This document shows positions 40,940 to 51,829 of a stretch of 64,000 nt of DNA, piece by piece. Made by a program: the position numbers and the translations under genes. The DNA lies in assembly GCA_964007735.1 (NCBI GenBank), contig CAXGAI010000021.1, positions 1-64,000 on the forward strand, read 5' to 3'. The first letter of the stretch is position 1, and every line of letters begins with the position of its first letter. The stretch comes from an uncultured Rhodopirellula sp. Its GTDB lineage: Bacteria > Planctomycetota > Planctomycetia > Pirellulales > Pirellulaceae. The notes under the pieces are model-generated. The model was not told the origin of the DNA. It searched no databases and saw nothing but the letters and a program-made list of their open reading frames with translations.

Positions 40940-42244
40940 ATGAATGATGCTCAACCTCGACCGAATGAAATCAACAAAGTATCGAGTCACAGTCAGCCTG
41001 CCCTGCAAGCAGAGCCTGTTCGGTCCAACGCTGCAAAAACAGAAGCCGACAAACAAAGCGAGGGGGAGATCCATGATCTTTCCGGGATTAGCAAAACGCC
41101 AGACTCTCCAACTCTTAAAAATGGCCCCGCAGGTATTCTGGGGGTGATTAGCTGGCCCTTTCGAAAAATCGCACTGATGATTGAATGGTTTTTCGGGGTT
41201 GCCTCAATGATCTGCCTACTAACTATTTGTGCAGCGATTCCGATTCTCCAGTTTATTACACTCGGCTATCTATTGGAGATCTCGGCCAACATCGTTCGTC
41301 AAGGCAAAGTTCGAGCCGGCTTTGTCGGGATTCGCAAGGCAGCCCGGATTGGTGGGTTACTGCTGGGGACGATCTTGGTCTGGATACCAGCCTTCCAAAT
41401 TTCGGGAATATTCCACGACGCACAAATTGTATTGCTCGGTGCTGAGAAAATTCAACCCTTTGGCATTAACCTCGCGATCGTGATTGTAGTCACCATTATC
41501 TATACGCTCTGGGCATGGATTCGAGGTGGCAAACTCAGACACTTTCTCTGGCCGGCGCCAATTCGATTCTTCCAATCCGTCCTGAAGCAAGATACGTACT
41601 TGAAGGTAGTACATGGATTTTGGTCCTTTGTCGAATCTCTTCAACTGAAAGCACTATTCTCACTCGGCTTCCGAGGCTTTCTCGGTGCTGCTTTGTGGTT
41701 ACTCCTGCCTATCCTGTTTTGTATAGGTGGAACCCTATTCCCGGTGGGCATTCGAGGTATTTCGACATTACTGGGCCTGCCGATGCTGGCCATTGTTTTG
41801 ATCTACCTGCCAATCTTACAGACTCGTTTCGCGGTCGAGAACGACTTCAGCATCTTCCGGGATATCCAATCTGTACGAGCAACCTTTAAGCGGGCTCCTA
41901 TTGCCCTGTGGATTTCCATGCTTTCTGTCTGGGCATTTGCCCTGCCGGTCTATCTGGCGAAAATCCAACTAACACCACGTGAAGTCTTTCTACTACCGAC
42001 CGTCATTTTCGTCATCTTTGCATGGCCGTCCCGAATGCTAATGGGCTGGGCATACGGACGGGCTCATCAACGAAAGACCTATCGAAATGCCATTTCTATT
42101 TGGCTCTCCCGATTAGCGATCATCCCCATCGTATTTATTTACGCCGGTGTTGTTTTTCTGTCGCGTTACACTTCCTGGTATGGAGACTGGAGTCTCTTTG
42201 AACAGCATGCCCTGCTGATCCCGATGCCACTCCTGGGCGGTTAG
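40940..42244 (+). CDS. Polytopic membrane protein (hypothetical)
   Basis: 434 aa with about 9-10 hydrophobic helices; IPILQFITLGYLLE, LFEQHA motifs. Confidence 0.7.
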   Translation: MNDAQPRPNEINKVSSHSQPALQAEPVRSNAAKTEADKQSEGEIHDLSGISKTPDSPTLKNGPAGILGVISWPFRKIALMIEWFFGVASMICLLTICAAIPILQFITLGYLLEISANIVRQGKVRAGFVGIRKAARIGGLLLGTILVWIPAFQISGIFHDAQIVLLGAEKIQPFGINLAIVIVVTIIYTLWAWIRGGKLRHFLWPAPIRFFQSVLKQDTYLKVVHGFWSFVESLQLKALFSLGFRGFLGAALWLLLPILFCIGGTLFPVGIRGISTLLGLPMLAIVLIYLPILQTRFAVENDFSIFRDIQSVRATFKRAPIALWISMLSVWAFALPVYLAKIQLTPREVFLLPTVIFVIFAWPSRMLMGWAYGRAHQRKTYRNAISIWLSRLAIIPIVFIYAGVVFLSRYTSWYGDWSLFEQHALLIPMPLLGG

Positions 42245-42457
42245 ATTAAGCGAAATGATAAACATCTTTAGCAGCTGCTGCCTCATCGATGAAGATACCA
42301 GGAAAAGACTCAAGCTCTCTGTCACTCGGCCGATAGAATCGGCACAAAGGTTCTATTTCATATTCATTACTGCTTAACGTCTGCCATTCATAATGGTTTA
42401 CTGCGTAATTAGAATAGAAGTACACCCATAACCATCTATATTTTTGTTCAACCAGAC

Positions 42458-42889
42458 ATGGCCGACTTAGTACAAAACAAACCGGGACGAGCGGTCAAAC
42501 AGCTGCAACTGCTAATGAGGGTATTCGGCTGCCTTTGTATCGTCGCCTTTTTCCCGTTTGTAATGCCGGTTGAATGGATGGATTGGTGCCATCGCCAATT
42601 GGATTTGGGAGGTTTTCCTGCAGATAAACCCATTGCGGTTTATCTAGCTCGAAGTACCTCCGCTCTTTGTGGACTATACGGAGCCTTTGCATTAATTTTG
42701 GCAACGGACGTCATCAGATATCAAAAGCTAATCCTGTTTCATATCGCCGGCTTATTTTCTATCGGGACGATCGGGACTTTTCTAGCCTATCAATGCGGAA
42801 TGCCGACTTTTTGGGTTTTGACAGACTGCATCAGTATCCTGATCATCTGCCCGCTGAAGTATTTTTACTACAAACGTCTGGTTGGTTAA
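42458..42889 (+). CDS. Small membrane protein (hypothetical)
   Basis: 143 aa, 4 hydrophobic segments, MP..WM..H, YLARSTSAL..G. Confidence 0.65.
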   Translation: MADLVQNKPGRAVKQLQLLMRVFGCLCIVAFFPFVMPVEWMDWCHRQLDLGGFPADKPIAVYLARSTSALCGLYGAFALILATDVIRYQKLILFHIAGLFSIGTIGTFLAYQCGMPTFWVLTDCISILIICPLKYFYYKRLVG

Positions 42890-43022
42890 AAATGGAAGCT
42901 ACGTTTCTGTTACACCAAAGAACGACTTGGTTCAAAGAGCTATTGATTACCTGAGTTCATTTTCGCCTATAATAAAGCGGTAATCGGCCCGGGGAAGAAT
43001 CGATTAGCGAAAGAGTACTCAA

Positions 43023-44213
43023 ATGAATCCATACCAAATGACAGCCCCTCCCAGACGCTGGGATCCCAAACTTTCACCCACGGTTGTCAAGCTTCTCAAA
43101 GGCCTTAGCCGCTCGAAGGCAAGAAAAACATGCCAGCTTGTCGATGTCAAAATTGAAAATGCGGAAGTCATCCGACAAGCCGTTGCTAAGAATCAAGGGG
43201 TTTTGATTACCCCCAATCATTCAACACATGCCGATCCTTACGCGATGAATGAAGTGTCGTATACAACCCAATTACCCTTTTACTTCATGGCCACCTGGAA
43301 CATTTTCCATGTACAGGGAAAAATCGGCCAATGGGTACTTCAAAAGCATGGCGTCTTTAGTGTCGACCGCGAAAGCACAGATCGCAAGGCCATGGAGATC
43401 GCTCAAGACATTCTTAAAAATAAAAAACACCCACTCGTTATCTTCCCTGAAGGTGAAGTGTATCACTGCAACGATATCGTCACGCCCTTCCGTGAAGGTG
43501 CGGCCGCATTAAGTGTCTTTGCTGCTCGGAAAAGCGAACGTCCGATTGTGGCTATTCCGTGTGCAATGAAGTATCGTTACACGAAAGATCCGACTCCCGA
43601 ATTGCTGGAGCTCATGACTCGCCTCGAGCACTCGATCCACTGGTACTCAAAAAACGAACTGTCACTTAGCGAACGTATCTATCGATTGGGTGGAGCCGTC
43701 ATGGCACTAAAAGAACTTGAGTATCTCGGGCGGGTTAAGCAAGGCACTTTGAGTGAACGTACTCAATTTCTTGCTGATACCATACTTCGCAAGCACGAAG
43801 AAAAATATGAAGTTGCCAAGGTGGGCAATACGATCCCCGAACGAGTGAAAGAACTTCGCCGCCGTACAATCGGCATGATGGACGAAGCGGGAACGGAGAA
43901 CCCTGAATTAGGCGAGGAGATTCGCCGAAATCTTGCCGAATACATGCTAGTTGTGCAACTCTTTAGTTACCCCGGTAACTACGTGGCTGAAAACCCCTCG
44001 GTGGAACGGATTGCGGAAACGCTGGACAAAATGGAAGAAGATCTTCTGGGAATCGAAAGTGCTCTTCCCCGAGGTGAACGCTCTGTACAAATCCGTTTCG
44101 GTGAACCAATTGTCATCCCGTCCGAACGCAAGCGTGGCATTGCCACAGAGCTTACTCATGAGTTGGAAGATGCGGTTCAAACCATGCTGGATGAAATGAA
44201 CGCCGAGGATTAA
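43023..44213 (+). CDS. Lysophospholipid/glycerol acyltransferase (PlsC-like)
   Basis: NHSTHAD (HX4D), FSVDR, IFPEG motifs. Confidence 0.85.
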   Translation: MNPYQMTAPPRRWDPKLSPTVVKLLKGLSRSKARKTCQLVDVKIENAEVIRQAVAKNQGVLITPNHSTHADPYAMNEVSYTTQLPFYFMATWNIFHVQGKIGQWVLQKHGVFSVDRESTDRKAMEIAQDILKNKKHPLVIFPEGEVYHCNDIVTPFREGAAALSVFAARKSERPIVAIPCAMKYRYTKDPTPELLELMTRLEHSIHWYSKNELSLSERIYRLGGAVMALKELEYLGRVKQGTLSERTQFLADTILRKHEEKYEVAKVGNTIPERVKELRRRTIGMMDEAGTENPELGEEIRRNLAEYMLVVQLFSYPGNYVAENPSVERIAETLDKMEEDLLGIESALPRGERSVQIRFGEPIVIPSERKRGIATELTHELEDAVQTMLDEMNAED

Positions 44214-46022
44214 ATGTCGCAAGCTTTGAAACTCATCACGACTGTTTCTGTTCTGACACTCAGTTTGATATCTGAGGTCCTGACTGCTGAAACTACCGTT
44301 TCACAAGAGGGGCTCACACTACGTCGACCTATCGATCTGGTCTGCAGCGGCGACTGGATCATTGCTGCCAATCATTTAGAGGGCTCTGTTTCAGTCATCG
44401 ATGCCACGCGACACACGCTGCTATCGGAAACCAGAATCGGTGGGCAACTGCGTAGCCTCGCTACCATGCAGAGTCGAAATGTTTTGCTGCTAGTCGATGA
44501 ACAAAACCACAAGCTTATCCCTTGCAATATCGTGCAAGGACGTGTCATGAGCTTTAAGTCTGTCGACACGGCTCACACCCCCGTTCATGTCGTTATTAGC
44601 CCGGATGATCAGTTGGCAAGTGTCAGTTGTCTCTGGGCTCGGCAAGTACAACTATTTGAATTAGAAGTAACAAACTCCGTCGTGCAACCGCACCTTTCCG
44701 CCACCATTGATCTACCATTTAACCCCGGACTTCAATGGGTTACGCCCCAAGGCAAACATCTGATCGTGGCTGATCATCACGGAGGACATCTCGCGGTAAT
44801 TAATTTAACACGTCGACAACTGGTAAGAACCTATCAGCTTGGCGTCCATAATATCCGGGGGATGACACTGAGTCCCGACGGCAAACATCTGATGCTGACT
44901 CATCAATTGCTGAATAATCTGGCAGCCACGGAAAGGCAACGAGTTTTTTGGGGAACCGTGCTCGAAAATCTAGTCCGAGCTATCCCTCTCACGGACCTCC
45001 TGGCGATCGATGATGCCAACAATCCAAATGAAGTTGTACGTATTTCTCATTGGTTACAGTACCCCCTAGGGGAGCCGGGGAATGCTGCTGGCGACCCCGG
45101 AGAAATCCTGATCACCGGTGACAAGGAGATCTTCGTCTGTTTCTCCGGCACCAGCCAGCTCGGACACGAGGAAGATCTATTCAATCCATTAGAGCGTCAC
45201 ACAACAGGACGCCGACCGATAGCATTGGCTGCTTCGCAAGACGAACAAACGATCTACATTGCCAACTACTTCGACGATTCCATCTCTATCTTTGACCGCC
45301 GCAAGAACCGTATCATCGATACACTTTCGTTAGGAAAAATGAAGCCCTGGTCTCAAGCAGATGAAGGACATGCTCTTTTCTTTGATTCCCGTCTGTCCCT
45401 AGACGGTTGGTACAGTTGCCATAGTTGCCATCCCGACGGACATACTAACGGACTTTTAAATGAAAACATGAGTGACTTTCAAATTGATTCACCCAAACGT
45501 GTTCTAACCTTACTCGGAACTGGGCAATCCGGACCATGGGCCTGGATCGGCAATCGTACGGACTTAAAAAGCCAAATCAACAAGTCCATTCACGTCACGA
45601 TGCAGGGAGGCGGCAGCAAACTCGCAAATGCTAAAACCGAGGAAGCACTAGCAGCCTATCTACAAACTTTAGAACCGGCCCCAGCCCTTTCCATCGCAAG
45701 AAAGTCTGAGTCCACCGAAAGTGTCCGGCGTGGCGAAACGCTTTTTGATCAACAAGCCTGCCAACAATGCCACTCACCTCCGAATTACACAACGTCTGGA
45801 AAATTTGATGTGGGTATCCACGATGAATACGGACTGAAGGAATTTAATCCTCCTTCCTTATTGGGTGTCAGCCAGCGGAATCAATTCTTTCACGACAATC
45901 GGGCAAAAAGCCTGGAGGAAGTCTTTCTTAAGTTTAGACATCCGCAGACCGAAAATCGGAACGTGACCCCACTAACACCGGCGCAGGCGAGGGATTTAAT
46001 TCAGTTTTTGCAAACTTTGTAG
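44214..46022 (+). CDS. YVTN/YncE-type beta-propeller fused to di-heme cytochrome c (CcP/MauG-like)
   Basis: Signal peptide; propeller repeats (GSVSVID, IYIANYFDDSISIFD); G..LFFDSRLS..CHSCHPDG; GETLF..CQQCH; PSLLGV..FFHD. Confidence 0.8.
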   Translation: MSQALKLITTVSVLTLSLISEVLTAETTVSQEGLTLRRPIDLVCSGDWIIAANHLEGSVSVIDATRHTLLSETRIGGQLRSLATMQSRNVLLLVDEQNHKLIPCNIVQGRVMSFKSVDTAHTPVHVVISPDDQLASVSCLWARQVQLFELEVTNSVVQPHLSATIDLPFNPGLQWVTPQGKHLIVADHHGGHLAVINLTRRQLVRTYQLGVHNIRGMTLSPDGKHLMLTHQLLNNLAATERQRVFWGTVLENLVRAIPLTDLLAIDDANNPNEVVRISHWLQYPLGEPGNAAGDPGEILITGDKEIFVCFSGTSQLGHEEDLFNPLERHTTGRRPIALAASQDEQTIYIANYFDDSISIFDRRKNRIIDTLSLGKMKPWSQADEGHALFFDSRLSLDGWYSCHSCHPDGHTNGLLNENMSDFQIDSPKRVLTLLGTGQSGPWAWIGNRTDLKSQINKSIHVTMQGGGSKLANAKTEEALAAYLQTLEPAPALSIARKSESTESVRRGETLFDQQACQQCHSPPNYTTSGKFDVGIHDEYGLKEFNPPSLLGVSQRNQFFHDNRAKSLEEVFLKFRHPQTENRNVTPLTPAQARDLIQFLQTL

Positions 46023-46119
46023 TCGACCCATTTTCCAGCAAATTTCGTAGCAATTTATATATAATAAGGCAGTGATATAGATTTTCGCATTCTCTGAAAA
46101 ATCTAGGCAGGCTACGAAT

Positions 46120-47916
<1,797 letters not shown>

Positions 47917-47934
47917 TACACCCCTGCAAATTGC

Positions 47935-48783
47935 CTAGGTCATGTCAATCTGCAGTAACCGGTTGAGACTGCCGGATTTAAATCCGCCCAAATCGATCGT
48001 CACGAATTGAAACCCTATTCCACGCAGGTATTGTTCAAGTTCTTCACGTATCTGTGGATTGATGCAAAATTCAATGTGCTGCTGGGGAACTTCAATTCTT
48101 GCCAGATCTCCTCGATGGTAACGTACCCGCACCGGCTCAATCCCCCGTGTACGCAAATACTGCTCCGCTAAGTCAATCATCTGAAGACGTTCAGCAGTCA
48201 CTTCTTCTCCATAAGCGACTCGACTTGAAAGACAGGGGCTCGCGGGCTTGTCCCAAGTCGGAAGGTGCCAATGTCGTGCCATTGCACGCACTGTGGCCTT
48301 ATTAATTCCACACTCAGCGAGCGGTGAACGTACGTGCCATTCGCTAGCCGCCTGGAGGCCCGGGCGATAGTCTCCCAGGTCATCTGCGTTGGTTCCATTA
48401 AGTAAAATCTGTCCGTCCAGCGACTCTGCTAAAACACGCATTTGCCCGTAGAGTTCGGACTTACAGAAATAACACCGATCTCCCTGGTTGCGAACATAAT
48501 TAGGATTTGAAAACTCACTGGTATTGAACACCCGATGTTCAATACCTATCAATTCTGCAATCTGCCGGGCTTGTTCAAGCTCCCCGGACGCAAGGCTTGG
48601 ACTTTGAGCAGTCACGGCCATAGCATTCGATCCTAAAGCCAGCGAAGCGGCTTTGGCAACCACGGCGCTGTCAACGCCTGCGGACATTGCGACAACACAC
48701 GAATCAAACTCAGAGATGAACGAAACAACACTCTCGATCATCTCGAGAGTGTGTTGTTCGTCATTCGTTACTTCGATAGACAT
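47935..48783 (-). CDS. larE: LarE-family ATP-dependent sulfur transferase (PP-loop)
   Basis: SAGVDS PP-loop, RCYFCK, GTNADD..DYRPG, SPL, WDKPASPCLSSR, RVRYH..ARIE; start probably ATG 48783. Confidence 0.88.
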   Translation of the reverse strand: MSIEVTNDEQHTLEMIESVVSFISEFDSCVVAMSAGVDSAVVAKAASLALGSNAMAVTAQSPSLASGELEQARQIAELIGIEHRVFNTSEFSNPNYVRNQGDRCYFCKSELYGQMRVLAESLDGQILLNGTNADDLGDYRPGLQAASEWHVRSPLAECGINKATVRAMARHWHLPTWDKPASPCLSSRVAYGEEVTAERLQMIDLAEQYLRTRGIEPVRVRYHRGDLARIEVPQQHIEFCINPQIREELEQYLRGIGFQFVTIDLGGFKSGSLNRLLQIDMT

Positions 48784-49096
48784 CGAATAAAAAAGCCTCC
48801 GCCGCAATGCCGTGGTAGAGAGTTTTGTGAGAGCCCGTGTAACCATAAAGGTGGGAACCTGGACAACGGGACGAGTGATCCACAAGAATCAGTTGCAATA
48901 CAACTGAGACATGGCATGACCCGTGGCCGCAGCCAAAAATCAGCTCCCAACGGACCTCTTATCGGCTCCCCAAAAAATCTGCACATACACACAAACATGG
49001 AAGAGGCTAATAGCAATCTAGCACTCTCGAGACACGTGTGCAATCAGTACCTGTGAGGAAAGCATCTAAGCGATGTCTCCAGATGACTGACGGGAC

Positions 49097-50248
49097 TTAC
49101 AATTGATCTTCTTGCGTCACCTGTTCCATGACTTTAGTATTACGCTCGATCGCAACAACCACGGTCCTTTGACGACGTCCGTCGGCAGTCGTGGATACAC
49201 AAGGCAGAACCATACGTCGATCAGGCAGATCCATCCGCACCGTAAAGCTACCGTCGCGTCCTAGCTTGACGGGCTCGCCTTTAATTACTACGGAGGATGT
49301 TGGCTCTGAATTACCGAACACAATCAATTCAGCATCCACATCAAATTGGAATTCCTCTTCGTCAGCACCAGGAGCTTTAACCCCAAAGCGGGAAACAACC
49401 GATTCACCAATCGGTCGATTGAGACGTTTTTCGAACAGGTCTTTGAGATCACTGCTGCCAGTACTACCTTTTTGCCCACCACTCTGAACATACACACGCT
49501 CGTAGTTATCAGCGATATCATCCCAGTGAGTATCGATTGATTCACTTGAACCCGGTACAGGAGTGGTCACAATATTACTTCGGCAGAGTGCATGAAATTC
49601 ACCATTCGACGCAAGGTAACCCAGTTCTATCCGGTATTGGCCCGGCGGATTGGAGACGTTGATGTACCAAGTTGTAACACCACCGTGAACTTCAATGTCA
49701 CGAACAATTCGAGCACTATTGGTGGTTTTGGAAGCATCTTCCACTTCATAAAGCCGAATCACTGGGCGAGCTGTGTGCCAGTGTTCCATCATGGCTGCCT
49801 GAGCACGAACAACACTTTTACGTTTAATCTCCCAGCAGGCCTGCAACCAAAAAGAATCGCGTACAAGCACTGTAATTTTATCGCGATGCACCGAACGACC
49901 GTTAGCTGAACCGAAGTTGCTACCCAGGGACAAGTCTTTCAATTCCTGCTTATCCGTTTCACTCATATCGAGCTTAACGAGATTCGTCTCCAACTTCACT
50001 GCCGGCAAAGTTTGTTTTTTACGAGCACGAGTTGTACGTTTTCGCCTGGTCGTCGTCGACCCGGAAACCGATTTTTTCTTCTTGGCTCGAGTCTTGGCGG
50101 CTTTCATCGCACGTAGTTTGTTAGACAGAGCTTTGATTAACTCCTCTTTTCGCATAGACGCGCAACCTGGAATTCCAAGATCGCGAGCACGCTGACCAAG
50201 TTCTTTTACAGTCTGAGACTTCAAATCAACTTTGGAAATCAAAGCCAT
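49097..50248 (-). CDS. DUF4912 protein with N-terminal Rho_N-like domain
   Basis: LKSQTVKEL..AR.LGI.G..SMRKEELIKAL; VRD.FWL.A.WE, WYI, ELGY, RSN; strong SD GAAAGGAG. Confidence 0.8.
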   Translation of the reverse strand: MALISKVDLKSQTVKELGQRARDLGIPGCASMRKEELIKALSNKLRAMKAAKTRAKKKKSVSGSTTTRRKRTTRARKKQTLPAVKLETNLVKLDMSETDKQELKDLSLGSNFGSANGRSVHRDKITVLVRDSFWLQACWEIKRKSVVRAQAAMMEHWHTARPVIRLYEVEDASKTTNSARIVRDIEVHGGVTTWYINVSNPPGQYRIELGYLASNGEFHALCRSNIVTTPVPGSSESIDTHWDDIADNYERVYVQSGGQKGSTGSSDLKDLFEKRLNRPIGESVVSRFGVKAPGADEEEFQFDVDAELIVFGNSEPTSSVVIKGEPVKLGRDGSFTVRMDLPDRRMVLPCVSTTADGRRQRTVVVAIERNTKVMEQVTQEDQL

Positions 50249-50888
50249 TCTCCTTTCGGGTTGTTTACTGTTCCGATCTTTACTAGCACCGGAGGCGGGC
50301 AGGCTCTAAGTGGTTAGAGTCCTGTGTCACGGGTGGGTCACCCTTGCAATTGCTCAGGTGGGCAGGACCTGGAGTGTTAACCGGACAACTGTGCGGATAA
50401 ACACTCGCAGACTTACAGAACCGCTACACTTTGGAACAGAAGATACCCCTCTTCACTGTATCGACTGCTCCTCGGCGGTATGATTTGTCGTTTCAACGCA
50501 ACTACAAAACCATCCATGAGAGTTGCATTACCGTTATCCACTATTTTCAGCGGGTTTAGGCCGACTATTGAGAGTAACCAGTAGGCCTAACTTCAACAGC
50601 AAAGCCCCTCAGCGACTAACAATTAACATTGACTGTAGTTAAAGACCTTCAGATTGACAACATGCACACCCCTAACAATGGCTATCTTATTGGCGTGTTA
50701 TTTCCACTATTTACCGGCTCTATCTTCACTCGTTGCACCCACGGGAAGAGTTGGCCAGCAAACCGGTGACCAGTCACAGGCCTTGTTGTGGGATGAACGA
50801 GAATTGGGATTAACAAATTATTAGTGGCCCCCCTTTAAAAACCCTGCTACAAACTATAAAAAACATGCGTATATACGCGGTTGGTGAG

Positions 50889-50917
50889 TTGACCGTGCGC
50901 TATTTGCAGTATAAATT
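50889..50917 (+). promoter_or_regulatory. Candidate sigma70 promoter of atp operon
   Basis: TTGACC-N17-TAAATT about 160 nt upstream of the first atp gene. Confidence 0.5.
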
Positions 50918-51077
50918 AAGCGGCTTTAAGTGATGTTGAATTCGGTAAACCAGCGAAGCTGTAACATTTTGGTTCAGTATCCGGATACTGCGAATTAGTG
51001 AAACGGCTGGCAATGGTTAACCGGTAAATCCTAATCCTGTATGATTAGGTAATTACACCTTCCATCAGGGTTGGTCG

Positions 51078-51350
51078 ATGGTCGAATTACCTCACTTTGA
51101 AAAACCAGAATATCCAAAACGTCCTAAGCGATCGTCTTTGGCGGAAGCTTACGACCTGGTGTCGCGTGTTTTGACTTGTGTGATGGTCATGATCCTTCCA
51201 GGTATTGGAGGGGGGTACCTCGACAACCATTACGACACCTCGTATATGATGGTAGCCGGCTGGATTATCGGGCCTCCTTTTGGCCTGTGGCAACTTATAA
51301 AGCTTGCGAATTCAGTCGGGCAGGAAAACTCCGATGAAGCGGGGAATTGA
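51078..51350 (+). CDS. AtpZ/AtpI-family (ATPase gene 1) small membrane protein
   Basis: Two TM helices around GGYLD motif; first gene of atp operon. Confidence 0.75.
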   Translation: MVELPHFEKPEYPKRPKRSSLAEAYDLVSRVLTCVMVMILPGIGGGYLDNHYDTSYMMVAGWIIGPPFGLWQLIKLANSVGQENSDEAGN

Positions 51351-51829
51351 AGGAGCTCGATCCATTGAGCGAAGACAAATCCAACAAATCAACGGAGCCA
51401 GCGACAGTTGATTTACCCCCTGTTGAGTTTCATTGGAAGCCATTGGTGGTAATAACGGTCGTACTTGCGGCGGCATTTACTGCATTGGCCTGGTACGGAC
51501 ACCAAGCATTTACTGACATCGAGATAAAAGCGGCGGGGATTGCAGCGTTTCTTTGTTGGTTAGGTTCTGTTCTGGGCTTGATACCGCCTATGTTTCTCCG
51601 AGGATCGGAGCAAGGCATAAACGGTGTCCTGGCAGGGATGTTATTCCGGATGTTTATTCCAATGGGTGGAACGTTTTTGATTCATCGGCGGAGTGAGCAG
51701 TTGCGAGATGCAAACATACTGTATTTCACGTTAGGATTTTTTCTCCTGGCATTAATCGTGGACACAATACTGGCTGTGCAAATGGTAAAGGCACAACTCA
51801 GTAACCAGAATACAAAGACAGACATCTAA
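51347..51829 (+). CDS. AtpI-like 4-TM membrane protein
   Basis: 4 hydrophobic helices with GMLFRM; position immediately before atpB. Confidence 0.65.
   Translation: MKELDPLSEDKSNKSTEPATVDLPPVEFHWKPLVVITVVLAAAFTALAWYGHQAFTDIEIKAAGIAAFLCWLGSVLGLIPPMFLRGSEQGINGVLAGMLFRMFIPMGGTFLIHRRSEQLRDANILYFTLGFFLLALIVDTILAVQMVKAQLSNQNTKTDI

Noticed and set aside
44214..46022. Anammox hydrazine synthase
   Set aside because: Only architectural resemblance; no hzsA or hydrazine dehydrogenase-like multiheme genes in the window
50995..51013. Rex-like operator (TAGTGAA-N4-CTGGCAA) before the atp operon
   Set aside because: Right half-site is too degenerate relative to TTGTGAA-N4-TTCACAA to support by eye
50249..51077. 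tRNA, SRP, RNase P, tmRNA or 6S RNA in the large spacer
   Set aside because: No recognisable conserved signatures (T-loop GTTCRA, SRP GGAA loop motif, GAGGAAAGTCC) seen on either strand
51078..51829. Either small upstream atp ORF as a divergent subunit c
   Set aside because: Neither has the Gly-rich helix, RQP/RNP loop or the conserved carboxylate in helix 2; they fit AtpZ/AtpI-type accessory proteins
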